Below, piece after piece: positions 21,044 to 30,890 of a stretch of 64,000 bases of DNA. The stretch covers positions 32,001 to 96,000 of the forward strand of contig JBFWWG010000002.1 in the NCBI GenBank assembly GCA_050246315.1, given 5' to 3'. Position numbers and translations under genes: made by a program. Source of the DNA: Nitrospiraceae bacterium (GTDB lineage: Bacteria > Nitrospirota > Nitrospiria > Nitrospirales > Nitrospiraceae). The number at the start of each line of letters is the position of its first letter. Position 1 is the stretch's first letter. The notes under the pieces were generated by a model. The model made no database searches. It saw only the letters and a program-made list of their open reading frames with translations, and had not been told where the DNA came from.

Positions 21044-22483
21044 TCAGTCGGTGAGAGGCCCCTCACCGACTCGGTCTCGGCGGCGGGCGACGACGGTCTC
21101 GCGGGCCGCGGCGGCCACGGCCTGGGCGATTTTCGGCACCACTTGCTTGTCGAAGAGGCTGGGAATGATGTAGTCGTCGCTCAGCGACGTGGCCGGGATG
21201 ATCTCCGCCAGCGCCCGCGCGGCCGCAAGTTTCATGGCTTCGTTGATCTCGCGCGCCTGCGCATCAAGCACCCCGCGAAATATGCCGGGAAAGGCCAGGG
21301 CGTTGTTGATCTGATTCGGATGGTCCGATCGGCCCGTCGCGAAAATGCGGGACTTGGCCATCCCCGCCAGGGGAGCGATCTCCGGATCAGGGTTCGCCAT
21401 GGCGAACACGATCCGGTCCTTGTTCATGAGCACGAGGTCGTCCGCAGTCAAGACATTGCCGACCGAAAGCCCGATCAACACGTCGGCGCCCTTGAGCGCA
21501 TCCTGCAGCGTGCCGGCGGGACTGTTGCGATCGATCGCGGCGCGCAGGTCGTGACGGCAGGCCCGCAATCGATCCCCATCGCCCTGCAACACGATGCCTT
21601 CGGGTTCGATGCCTTTCAGATACGAGACTCCCGCGGCCAACAGCATGCGGCAACAGGCGGTCCCAGCCGCGCCCAGGCCGACGACCACCACCCGCGCCTC
21701 GTCCAGCCGCTTGCCGACAAGCTTCAGCGCATTGGTCAACGCCGCGAGTATCACCACCGCTGTCCCATGCTGATCGTCATGCATCACCGGGATATCAAGC
21801 GTCTCCTTCAGGCGGCGCTCGATGTCGAAGCAACGGGGAGCCCCGATGTCCTCAAGATTGATAGCGCCGAATCCCGGCGCGAGGTGGGTGACCGTGCGCA
21901 CGATCTCTTCCGGGTCTTGCGTGTTGAGACAGATCGGCCAAGCGTCGATCGCTGCCAGTTCGCGAAACAGCATCGCCTTGCCTTCCATGACCGGGAGCGC
22001 CGCCTCCGGTCCAAGGTTGCCTAACCCGAGCACGGCAGAGCCGTCGGTGACGATGGCAACGCTGTTCTGTTTGGTCGTGAAGGCGTAGACCTTCGAACGG
22101 TCGCGCGCGATCGCCTGAGAAACACGCCCCACGCCCGGCGTGTAAACCATCGAGAGGATGTTGCGGGTGGAAAGCGGCAGCTTGCTTTGGACCTTGATCT
22201 TGCCGCCGAGATGGAGCAGAAAAATCCGATCCGACGCGGACAGCACCCGCACATCCGGAATGTCGTCGAGTCGCTTGAGGACGTGTTCGCCGTGCGCCTC
22301 GCTGCTCACATCGAACGTAATGTCGCGAATAATCCGGTCCGCCGTAGCGGACACGATATCGACCGCCCCCAAATTGGCTCTCTCCTCCGCCAGTCTGGCC
22401 GCGACCTGCGCAAAGGTACCCGGGCGATTGCACAGTTCAAGTCGAACGGTCAGCCGATAATTGGAATAGGGTCCGATATCCAT
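21044..22483 (-). CDS. Malic enzyme with N-terminal ACT domain
   Basis: NRPGTF ACT motif; VYTPGVG, VTDGSAVLGLG, PVMEGKA, NLEDI, HDDQHGT, MANPDPE, NQINNALAFPGIFRG. Confidence 0.93.
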   Translation of the reverse strand: MDIGPYSNYRLTVRLELCNRPGTFAQVAARLAEERANLGAVDIVSATADRIIRDITFDVSSEAHGEHVLKRLDDIPDVRVLSASDRIFLLHLGGKIKVQSKLPLSTRNILSMVYTPGVGRVSQAIARDRSKVYAFTTKQNSVAIVTDGSAVLGLGNLGPEAALPVMEGKAMLFRELAAIDAWPICLNTQDPEEIVRTVTHLAPGFGAINLEDIGAPRCFDIERRLKETLDIPVMHDDQHGTAVVILAALTNALKLVGKRLDEARVVVVGLGAAGTACCRMLLAAGVSYLKGIEPEGIVLQGDGDRLRACRHDLRAAIDRNSPAGTLQDALKGADVLIGLSVGNVLTADDLVLMNKDRIVFAMANPDPEIAPLAGMAKSRIFATGRSDHPNQINNALAFPGIFRGVLDAQAREINEAMKLAAARALAEIIPATSLSDDYIIPSLFDKQVVPKIAQAVAAAARETVVARRRDRVGEGPLTD

Positions 22484-22603
22484 CGTGCGCGGTGTCGCCC
22501 GTCTTAAGCAGGAGAATAACATAGAGGCACGGACCTTCGCTCTTTATCTGTTGACTGTTGAGGCCCGTTGACCGGCTTCTCTACCCGGTGCTAGGTTGCC
22601 GTC

Positions 22604-25600
22604 ATGGCACACACAACCGAATCTCGACACTCGAATCGGCTCCTCAACGAAACCAGTCCGTATCTGTTGCAGCATGCCCACAATCCTGTGGATTGGTATC
22701 CTTGGGGACCGGAAGCCCTGGAACGGGCGAAGCGGCTCGACCTCCCGATCCTGCTCTCCATCGGCTATTCTTCCTGCCACTGGTGCCATGTCATGGAGCG
22801 GGAGTCATTCGAAAACGACGAGATCGCCGGGCTCATGAATGAGCACTTTGTCTGCGTCAAAGTCGATCGCGAGGAGCGGCCGGATCTTGACGAAATTTAC
22901 ATGCAGGCCACGGTGGCCATGAATCAGGGTCAGGGCGGTTGGCCGATGACGGTGTTCCTGACACCGGAGCAACAGCCCTTCTTTGCCGGAACGTATTTCC
23001 CCCCAACCGACCGATGGGGACGGCCGGGCTTCGGCACGTTACTGAAGAAGATCGCGGAGTTTTGGGAGAGAGATCGCCAGGGTCTACGGGAACAGGCCGG
23101 ACATCTGACCGATCGGCTCAAGCAGGAAATCCAACTCTCAGCTCCGGCTTCGATTGGCGATTCGGAGTTTGACACCGCCGTGCATCAATATGAAGAGGAA
23201 TTCGACGCGCGATACGGCGGATTCGGCGGTGCGCCGAAGTTTCCTCCGGCCACCGGCCTGTCGTTTCTGCTCCGGCAGTTCCGGCGAACCGGGAACCGGA
23301 AGATCCTCGACATGGTCCGCCGCACCCTGGATGGCATGGCCGCGGGGGGCATCTACGACCATATCGGCGGAGGGTTTGCGCGGTATTCCACGGATGCCGC
23401 TTGGCTGGTGCCGCACTTCGAGAAGATGCTGTATGACAATGCCTTGCTGGCCAAGGTCTACGTGGAGGGCTATCAGGTCTTGAGAGAGGCGCGATACCGC
23501 CGTGTGGCGACCGAAACACTGGACTATATCCTTCGAGAGATGGCCGGACCGGAAGGCGGTTACTATTCCGCAACAGACGCCGATTCCGAAGGGATCGAAG
23601 GCAAGTTTTTTGTCTGGACGCCCGAGGAGATCCGGGCGACGGTCGGTGACGAGGAGGACGCCAAGCGCTTCTGTGCCTATTATGACATCTCAGAAAAGGG
23701 GAACTGGACCGAGCCGGCCGGGCATGACGCATTGCAAGGAGTCAGGAACATCCCGCATACGCCTAGGTCGATCGAGGAGGTCGCACGGGATTGCGGAATC
23801 GCGGTTCACGAGCTCCAGGACAGCCTCGATCGGTCGCGTCGCCTCCTCTATGAGGCCAGACGGAAACGCGTTCCGCCCGGATTGGACGACAAGATCATCG
23901 TGGCCTGGAACGGTCTGATGATCAGCGCCATGGCGGAAGGGGCTCGGGTGCTCGGAGAGGAACGATATCTCAACGCAGCCGTCAGGACTGCGGACTTTCT
24001 GCTCGCGACCATGCGGAAGGCGGACGGCCGGCTTTTCCGCACCTATCGACTCGGTCGTCCACAACATGGAGCCTGCCTGGAGGATTATGCCTGCCTGGCG
24101 GAGGGGCTGATCGATCTCTATGAAGCTGGCGCGCCGGAGCTCTATCTCCGGGCGGCAGCCGGACTGACGGAACGGATCGTGGAAGAATTTCGTGACGAGG
24201 AACGGGGTGGGTTCTTTACCACAGGACAGAGACACGAGACACTGCTGCTGCGCAGCCGAGAGGGGCCGGACGGCGCCACCCCGAGTGCCAACGCGGTGGC
24301 GGCCTCTGTTCTGGCGCGGTTGTCCTTTCACTATGGCCGGGACGAATGGCGCGGGTTGGCGACCCGCGCCATTCGTGCGTATGGGCGCGCCATCGGCCGG
24401 TACCCTCGCGCCTTTGCCAAGAGTCTGATCGTCGCAGAGTTCTTGCTGGAGGGGCCGATCGAACTGGCACTGATCGGCCAATCCCACGAACCGAGTTTTG
24501 AGGCGCTTCGTTCAGCGATGAACCGTCCGTATCTGCCTCATCGCATCATTGCCCACGGCCATCCTTCGCACGAACCGGTCGAACACCCCCTGTTGTCTGG
24601 CAAATCCCTGGTCGATCATCGGGCGGCGCTGTACATTTGTCGCAATTTCACGTGTCAGGCTCCGCTGACTGATCCGGCTTCGGTTGAATCGGCCTTGAGC
24701 GACGGATCATCCACGGCAACGGACTCGCGGGCGGGTCGTTCTCTTTCCGGTTCGAGACTGACGGGATACGCCACCCCCGGAGGAACGGCTGGCTATGCAG
24801 CGCGGAAACTCGGGGCGGACCCGTCTCTCTCCGGCCACGCCTATACGTCATTCGGCGCCACCGGGCTCACGACCAGCCGACTGGGCTTCGGTTGCTATCG
24901 AGTGGATACCAGTGATCCGGAGTTCGGCGTCGCCCTGGCGCTGGCGCTGCGGAAGGGCTGCAACCTGATCGACACCTCGACCAACTACGCCGACGGCGAC
25001 AGCGAGCGACTGGTCGGCCTGACATTGGCCGAGCTTCAGCGCAAGGGTGAGATCAGGCGAGATGAGATTATCGTGGTGACGAAGCTCGGCTATGTCCAGG
25101 GTCAGAATCTTAAGCAGGCCCAGGAACGTGAGCGGATGGGGCGGCCCTATCCCGAGATGGTGAAGTACGGCGACGACATCTGGCACTGCCTCCATCCCGA
25201 ATTTCTGGCAGACCAATTGACCTCCTCATTGGATCGAATGGATCTTTCGACGGTCGATGTCTGCCTGCTGCACAATCCGGAGTATTTCCTGTTGGATGCG
25301 CAGCACCATGGCCGGGCGCTTGAAGAGACGCGTCGAGAATTCGACCGCCGCCTCGGCCAAGCCTTTCGATATCTGGAAGACCAGGTCAGGGATGGTCGCA
25401 TCCGACATTACGGCGTGTCCTCTAACACAGTCATCGGTGCGGCCGACAGTCCTGAGGCAACCTCATTGTCCCGTATGCTGGAGATCGCAGCTACCGCAGC
25501 CCGTGAGGCGGGACAGGCCGCTGGTCATTTTCGGGTGTTGCAATGTCCATTGAATTTATTCGAATCCGGGTCCGTCCTGCTCCCCAATACCGGGCATGGT

Positions 25601-26323
25601 GGCGAGCAGACGGCCTTGAATTATGCAGAGGCCGCGGGCGTCGCCGTGTTGGCGAATCGGCCGCTCAATGCCATGCCGAATCGCCCGGAATCTCGCGGCG
25701 GCATCGTACGGTTGGCGGACGTGCCGCTCGAATCTGAGTCGATCGATTTCGCCGGCCAGCGAGACGCCGTCGCTGCGCTGGAAGCCATCTATCAGCGGGA
25801 GGTGGCTCCACATGTGCCTCATGCCGGACAGGGCTTGGATCCAAAAGAATACTTTACATGGTCGACGGAATTGGCGAAGATTCGACCACATCTGGATGGG
25901 TTGGAGCATTGGGAGCAGGTCGAGCACCAGATGGTTGCGCCGCACTTGAATCAGGTTGTGCGTGCGCTCAATCAGGTCCTCGTTGGAGAGCGGGCCGAAC
26001 CGTGGGAGGCATGGAGGGATCGTTATCTGCCCGAATTGTTGCGCCTACTCAGAAGCCTCAAAGGAGAAGCCGCCACACGGAGTCGACTTCGGACCGATCT
26101 CATTGCCGCGGCTATCAACCCTCTCCTGCCACCATCTATGGTTCAGGCTCCGCTATCACAGAAAGCTCTGAGGGTGGTCATGAGTACACCGGGCGTGACC
26201 GCCGTCCTGAATGGGATGCGCACCAAGGCCTATGTCGAAGACTCATTCGCGACGCTCCGGGGGACGCTGCTCCCTCAGGTTACCTCCATCTATGAAGCAG
26301 CCAGCCGAATCGAATTACCGTGA
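22604..26323 (+). CDS. DUF255/YyaL thioredoxin-(alpha/alpha)6 protein fused to a C-terminal aldo/keto reductase
   Basis: [46 protein letters not shown]; then LGFGCYR, IDTSTNY, TKLGY, LLHNPE, YGVSSN. Confidence 0.9.
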   Translation: MAHTTESRHSNRLLNETSPYLLQHAHNPVDWYPWGPEALERAKRLDLPILLSIGYSSCHWCHVMERESFENDEIAGLMNEHFVCVKVDREERPDLDEIYMQATVAMNQGQGGWPMTVFLTPEQQPFFAGTYFPPTDRWGRPGFGTLLKKIAEFWERDRQGLREQAGHLTDRLKQEIQLSAPASIGDSEFDTAVHQYEEEFDARYGGFGGAPKFPPATGLSFLLRQFRRTGNRKILDMVRRTLDGMAAGGIYDHIGGGFARYSTDAAWLVPHFEKMLYDNALLAKVYVEGYQVLREARYRRVATETLDYILREMAGPEGGYYSATDADSEGIEGKFFVWTPEEIRATVGDEEDAKRFCAYYDISEKGNWTEPAGHDALQGVRNIPHTPRSIEEVARDCGIAVHELQDSLDRSRRLLYEARRKRVPPGLDDKIIVAWNGLMISAMAEGARVLGEERYLNAAVRTADFLLATMRKADGRLFRTYRLGRPQHGACLEDYACLAEGLIDLYEAGAPELYLRAAAGLTERIVEEFRDEERGGFFTTGQRHETLLLRSREGPDGATPSANAVAASVLARLSFHYGRDEWRGLATRAIRAYGRAIGRYPRAFAKSLIVAEFLLEGPIELALIGQSHEPSFEALRSAMNRPYLPHRIIAHGHPSHEPVEHPLLSGKSLVDHRAALYICRNFTCQAPLTDPASVESALSDGSSTATDSRAGRSLSGSRLTGYATPGGTAGYAARKLGADPSLSGHAYTSFGATGLTTSRLGFGCYRVDTSDPEFGVALALALRKGCNLIDTSTNYADGDSERLVGLTLAELQRKGEIRRDEIIVVTKLGYVQGQNLKQAQERERMGRPYPEMVKYGDDIWHCLHPEFLADQLTSSLDRMDLSTVDVCLLHNPEYFLLDAQHHGRALEETRREFDRRLGQAFRYLEDQVRDGRIRHYGVSSNTVIGAADSPEATSLSRMLEIAATAAREAGQAAGHFRVLQCPLNLFESGSVLLPNTGHGGEQTALNYAEAAGVAVLANRPLNAMPNRPESRGGIVRLADVPLESESIDFAGQRDAVAALEAIYQREVAPHVPHAGQGLDPKEYFTWSTELAKIRPHLDGLEHWEQVEHQMVAPHLNQVVRALNQVLVGERAEPWEAWRDRYLPELLRLLRSLKGEAATRSRLRTDLIAAAINPLLPPSMVQAPLSQKALRVVMSTPGVTAVLNGMRTKAYVEDSFATLRGTLLPQVTSIYEAASRIELP

Positions 26324-26358
26324 CCTGGATATCATGACGCCCTCATCTGTATGGGGCA

Positions 26359-26664
26359 CTCCGGCGCTGGCATATACGAGACCACGAAGAGGAGCCGCCG
26401 GTTCTAGCAAAGCTTGGTATGGAATAGGTGGAGACAAGAACCTATAAGGAGTCTCTCCGGCGCCGTCATATACGAAACAGCGAAGACGAGGCGCCGGTTC
26501 AACCGAAGGTTGGTATAGAGGGGCTTCGCCCGAGGAGCCGCCGGTTCTAGCAAAGCTTGGTATGGAAAAGAAAGAGAAGAATCACTGGCGGGGTTTCTCC
26601 GGCGGCGTCAAGGAAGATGGGCTTCGCCCGAGGAGCCGCCGGTTCTAGCAAAGCTTGGTATGGA
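26359..26664 (+). repeat. Tandem array of a structured ~65-nt repeat (3 full units plus one 3' half)
   Basis: The 35-mer gaggagccgccggttctagcaaagcttggtatgga is identical at 26389, 26532 and 26630, with a variant at ~26486-26519; three units begin ctccggcg, which pairs with cgccgg. Confidence 0.9.
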
Positions 26665-26670
26665 GGGCCG

Positions 26671-27249
26671 ATGAAGACCGTTCGTTCGCACCGGTGGCTT
26701 CTGCTCTACGGCCTGTCGGTACTGGTCATGGGCGTTGGCTGTGCAACGAGATCCGGCTCCGGCTCCGGATCCGGACAGGAGAGGGGCGGTGAACCTGCGG
26801 CCGTAGAGCAGGAGGTCATGAATGCGGAACAAGTCGCTGAGCCTGCCCTGAAAGACGTGCCGTTTGAGTCAGCGCAAAAGGCCGTGCCCCTCCCGCCCGA
26901 ACCCGCAGAACCGGCCACCGCCTATCTGCTGGATGTGCCCTTCGATTTCGACCGCTACGTTCTGCGCATGGATGCCGTGGCGATCGTGGAGACCAACGCC
27001 AAGAATTTGAGCAAAGATACCGTCTCTCAAATCGTGCTGGAAGGCCGGGCAGATGAAATCGGAACTGCGGCCTACAATATGGTGCTGGGCGAACGGCGGG
27101 CTAAGACGGTGAAGCGCTATCTGGAGGATCTTGGCTTCTCATCCTCCATCCTCTCCATTGTGACCTACGGCAAGGACCGTCCCCTCTGTTTCGAGCATAA
27201 CCCCGAGTGCTGGCAGAAGAACCGCAGTGTGCGCTTCACGGTCAGATAG
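26671..27249 (+). CDS. Pal/OmpA-family peptidoglycan-associated lipoprotein
   Basis: Lipobox GVGC; FDFDRY, LEGRADEIGTAAYNMVLGERRA, YGKDRP.C, KNR; start at ATG 26671. Confidence 0.88.
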   Translation: MKTVRSHRWLLLYGLSVLVMGVGCATRSGSGSGSGQERGGEPAAVEQEVMNAEQVAEPALKDVPFESAQKAVPLPPEPAEPATAYLLDVPFDFDRYVLRMDAVAIVETNAKNLSKDTVSQIVLEGRADEIGTAAYNMVLGERRAKTVKRYLEDLGFSSSILSIVTYGKDRPLCFEHNPECWQKNRSVRFTVR

Positions 27250-27371
27250 GAACGCCTCCTGTCCTCCGCTGCCCATCTCAGTGCGGAGCCTCTTCATTGA
27301 TTGTTTCTCGTAGCACACCGGCGCAGCCAACCCATCCCTCATGCGGTTAGCGAACGCGCCGCACTCGGATA

Positions 27372-27405
27372 GTTAACACACCTGTAACCTACGAGTTACC
27401 CCATG
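27372..27405 (+). promoter_or_regulatory. Pho-box-like 11-bp direct repeats upstream of the pstS-like gene
   Basis: TAAC at 27374, TAAC at 27385, TTAC at 27396 (exact 11-bp period). Confidence 0.55.
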
Positions 27406-27460
27406 GCAATCATCCCGATTTACTCTCCCTACCTGAGAGTAATTGGAATTTGGAGGCACG

Positions 27461-28558
27461 ATGATCTGCAACCACGTAGTCCGCAAGCGAACACGGTTCA
27501 CCTTTTCCCGGCTCACGATGCTGTGTGTCTGTGCGAGCATTCTATGGGGAAGCGCGCTTCCGTCTCAGGCCGAGCAGAGTGGACCCTACGCCGCCCTCAC
27601 TGTGGATGCTGATCGCCCGCGCTATGCGCCGCAATCTTATGTATCGGGCGGGTTCAAAGTGAGGGGCTCGGATACGATGCACCCGTTGATGACCCGTCTT
27701 GCTTCGGAATTTCAACGCCGGCAGCCGAAGGTCACTATCGAGATCAGGACCGGCGGTTCCGCCAAGGCCATAGCCGAATTTCTCGAAGTGCCTCCGGTGG
27801 GTCGAATTGTCTTGAAGGAGGAGCGATCGAGCCAGGTGGTTCTGGTCGCGACCTCTCGCGAGCTATTGGACACCGAAGTCAAGCAGTTTTCGTCGCAGCA
27901 TGGGTACGAACCGACGGCTATTCCGGTCGCGGTTGATGCCGTGGCGCTTTACGTTCACAAGGACAATCCATTGCCCGGTCTCACGTTGGATCAAGTCGAT
28001 GCGATGTTTTCCACTACCCACCATCGCGGTTATCAGAGCCCACTGACTGAATGGGGACAACTCGGGTTGGAGAGCGGGTGGGAGAAGGCGTCGATCCGGT
28101 TATATGGACGCGACCGAAAATCCGGCACCAGAGGATTCTTTCAGGAACACGTGTTGGGAGGTGGAGAATTCAGCCCTCTCGTGCACGAGCAACCGGGCGC
28201 AGCCTCGGTCATTCTCGCCTTGAGTCGAGATCAATTGGGAATCGGCTATAGCGGGTTGGGGCTGCTCGCTTCGAGCGTGCGCGCCATACCGCTTGCCGAA
28301 CATGAGGGGAGGCCGTTTATTACGCCGTCATACAGCACAGTGGCCGATCAAAGTTATCCACTGCGCCGGGTCTTGTACCTGTATGTCGATCAGTCACCCG
28401 CCTCGGCTCTACCGCCCGCAGCTCAAGAATTTCTCACTTTTATTGCCAGCAGAGAGGGTCAAGAAACTGTCGTCCGGGCTGGATTCTATCCACTTCCCTT
28501 CCCTCAGGCGGAGAGGGTTTCCGCCAGTCTCTCGGAGCCCGCCCTATTCAATCGCTGA
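27461..28558 (+). CDS. pstS: Phosphate-binding protein, PstS family
   Basis: GSDTM, GGSAKA, VAVDAVALYVHKDNP, GRDRKSGTRGFF, GIGYS, YPLRRVLYLY; signal peptide; GGAGG RBS. Confidence 0.88.
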   Translation: MICNHVVRKRTRFTFSRLTMLCVCASILWGSALPSQAEQSGPYAALTVDADRPRYAPQSYVSGGFKVRGSDTMHPLMTRLASEFQRRQPKVTIEIRTGGSAKAIAEFLEVPPVGRIVLKEERSSQVVLVATSRELLDTEVKQFSSQHGYEPTAIPVAVDAVALYVHKDNPLPGLTLDQVDAMFSTTHHRGYQSPLTEWGQLGLESGWEKASIRLYGRDRKSGTRGFFQEHVLGGGEFSPLVHEQPGAASVILALSRDQLGIGYSGLGLLASSVRAIPLAEHEGRPFITPSYSTVADQSYPLRRVLYLYVDQSPASALPPAAQEFLTFIASREGQETVVRAGFYPLPFPQAERVSASLSEPALFNR

Positions 28559-29004
28559 CTCGAACTCTCGTGCTACCGGCCAGACCAAGTCGAGGGACCT
28601 GATCGAGCTTTGGCAGGAGGTTGAAAACGTCCGCCAGTTTGGTCGGAGCCGCCATGAGCGGTCCTTTCTTGATGCAACGGGTGTGACGCGAGGAGGCTCA
28701 CTCCTGAAGGAGTATCTCCAACGGTCTATGATAACCGAATGAGGGGAATCGCGCGTAGGGTGTTTCTCTGTCGGCGCAGTGACGAAAAGTCGTAATCCGC
28801 TGGCGGTTCAAGCGAAGCTTTGGATGCACCTCTTCGTCTCTTGACTCGCCGCGGCCACAGCCGAGAAAAGGCGCACCTCGGCGCACCGGGGTTGGACGGG
28901 TGAGAATGCCTGCCTTGTTCACTATTCTGCGGGAGGTTCTGAGATAGTCCGTGAATGCCGGCACAGCGAAGGAGCACGGGTGCTCGAACGGTTTTCGCCC
29001 CCCG

Positions 29005-29931
29005 TCAGGGAGCGCGCGGAGCCGGTTTCGGCGGCAGTTTCGGTTTCTTTCCCGCCTCTGTCTGGTCACGGTTCAATTTTTCAAGATCCCGTTTGAGATC
29101 GTTCATCTGCCGGGACTGCTCTTCGAGTCTCTTGCGCAACTCTTGATTCGACTGTGTCAGTTCACGGATCTGTAACTGCAATTCCTGAATGGATGGGGCG
29201 GCGCGACCTGCGCTGGGAAACTCAAGAAGCGCTTTGTCGTTCTGCTCCAACCGGCGCGTCGCCGCTATGTCTTTCATGTTCAGCGAGATGTGCACGGTTT
29301 CGAAAGGAGCCCATTTGGGCTCCTGCTCCGGCGGAACCGCAACGGCTCGATAGGGTCCTGTCACCCAAAGTTTCATTCCTTTGGTATCTCTCGGGTCCTT
29401 TTCGTCGCCGCCGGCCGTATCCGCTCTGGTGTAGGCCCGGTGATCCGTGACCACGACATGGAGATAGGGTTCGCGGATAAACAGGGCCCCGCTCGTGCGA
29501 TCCTCGTTGTAAGGAGTCTTGAGGTTTGCCAGCGTGAAAAAAACCCGTTCACCGGGGCCGGCTTGTTGAAATGCCAGGCTGGCCGGACGCGAAAGCTCGG
29601 CGAGCTCGCCTGCCTCGAATAACGGAATCGGCCTGGGTGATTCAAACAGGCCGACGACCGTGCCGCTCCATCCGCTGACCTGGAGCGTGCCCAGGAGTTG
29701 CCGAACTTCTTGGAAAGTAATGGTGACGGGGTGGCTATTTCGGATCGCAGGCGCTCCCCGTGAGATCGAGGGATCGGTCTCAATCCCTACCCGAATGCCC
29801 TGCCGATCATAAATCACCTGCGTGCTTGGAAGAGTCCCGCAGCCGCATAGGCTCAGGAACGCGACAGTAACGAAAACGGCCCACTGCCATCGCTTCGCGA
29901 AGCATGGATGGTCTCCGTCTCCTACTCGCAC
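29005..29931 (-). CDS. Hypothetical lipoprotein with C-terminal coiled coil
   Basis: Hydrophobic leader ending LCGC; coiled coil IQELQLQIRELTQSNQELRKRLEEQ. Confidence 0.7.
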   Translation of the reverse strand: MRVGDGDHPCFAKRWQWAVFVTVAFLSLCGCGTLPSTQVIYDRQGIRVGIETDPSISRGAPAIRNSHPVTITFQEVRQLLGTLQVSGWSGTVVGLFESPRPIPLFEAGELAELSRPASLAFQQAGPGERVFFTLANLKTPYNEDRTSGALFIREPYLHVVVTDHRAYTRADTAGGDEKDPRDTKGMKLWVTGPYRAVAVPPEQEPKWAPFETVHISLNMKDIAATRRLEQNDKALLEFPSAGRAAPSIQELQLQIRELTQSNQELRKRLEEQSRQMNDLKRDLEKLNRDQTEAGKKPKLPPKPAPRAP

Positions 29932-30242
29932 GTGAACTGAATCCCCCAGAGCCGCGTGCTCCCCATTTGGCCGCGCCAGGTTCGGTCAACGGTCTCACTC
30001 ACCTTCGGCATCGCCCCTTCCTTGATGATCCGTGAGCCATTGGGACATTTCTGGTGAATCATCTGCATGGCATCCCGTCGACCGGCGGACGTGAGGATAT
30101 CCGAGTCGGTTTGCACGGAATAAGAGACCACCCCTCCGGTCGGAGTTTCGCGGACCAGGGATGCTTCCTGCCCGCAACCGGCTAACGCCTCGAGGGCGAC
30201 CAGGGCGCATCGAAAGGCCATCAGTGCGGTTCGGTCGGGCAT
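29922..30242 (-). CDS. Small hypothetical lipoprotein
   Basis: LAGC lipobox; Cys pair (KCPNG...FTCE); overlaps neighbour as in an operon. Confidence 0.7.
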   Translation of the reverse strand: MPDRTALMAFRCALVALEALAGCGQEASLVRETPTGGVVSYSVQTDSDILTSAGRRDAMQMIHQKCPNGSRIIKEGAMPKVSETVDRTWRGQMGSTRLWGIQFTCE

Positions 30243-30275
30243 CGTCGATCCTGAACGGTCCGAGTCGATTCCCCA

Positions 30276-30821
30276 TCACTCCCCTGAGGAACAGAACGTC
30301 TCTTCCTCAAGCGGTTCATACCCACCACCCGCGTTGAACGGGAATTCCGCGATTTCCTTCCTTCCGGTCTTCCATATGTGCACACATCGGGCAATAAGAG
30401 ATGGAAGACTCCGTTGGACATCATCCACGATCACCGCCTTCGGCCTCTCCGTGGTCCCGACCACCATGAGATGATTGCCGGCAACCAGCCATTTCGCATC
30501 GATGTGACCGGCATAGGAGATGGCATACTCCCCGCTCCGTTTCCCCGTATCCTTGGGGCCGAACGCGGGGTGTTCGACAATCGGCAGGTGGGTGACGATC
30601 ACCACGATCTGATCCGCTCTGATATCCGCTTCGATAATTCGCCCACCCAGTTGTACTTTGCGTCCAACCTGCGCGCTTGGCATCATGCGCCACGCGGCAA
30701 AATCAAAATCGTGGTCCACTCCCTGTCTGACTTCCGGTGAGAAAACCGGCGTACGGGCACAGGCAGCAACTCCGATCGACAAGAATACGAGCAGAATTGC
30801 GAATCGGGACGTTCTCTGCAT
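30276..30821 (-). CDS. Slp-family outer-membrane lipoprotein
   Basis: VAAC lipobox; GRKVQLGGRII...MVVGT...HIW pattern typical of Slp. Confidence 0.75.
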   Translation of the reverse strand: MQRTSRFAILLVFLSIGVAACARTPVFSPEVRQGVDHDFDFAAWRMMPSAQVGRKVQLGGRIIEADIRADQIVVIVTHLPIVEHPAFGPKDTGKRSGEYAISYAGHIDAKWLVAGNHLMVVGTTERPKAVIVDDVQRSLPSLIARCVHIWKTGRKEIAEFPFNAGGGYEPLEEETFCSSGE

Positions 30822-30890
30822 GCCTGTTCTCCTTACTCCTAGTCGCGACACATTGCAATGGTGGATGCCGTTTCGGTTCCATTCCTCTCG

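Noticed and set aside
26389..26664. CRISPR array (three identical 35-nt repeats)
   Set aside because: Spacing is irregular, the intervening segments resemble each other and base-pair with the repeat, no cas genes are in the window, and single copies are dispersed elsewhere.
26359..26664. Known riboswitch, ribozyme, group II intron domain V or integron attC site
   Set aside because: I found no hammerhead CUGAnGA/GAAA core, no domain V/VI arrangement and no RYYYAAC/GTTRRRY attC ends; copies occur in both orientations and unrelated contexts. An Rfam search is still needed.
26557..26670. N-terminal extension of the Pal-like ORF
   Set aside because: It is translated repeat sequence; the signal peptide and RBS support ATG 26671.
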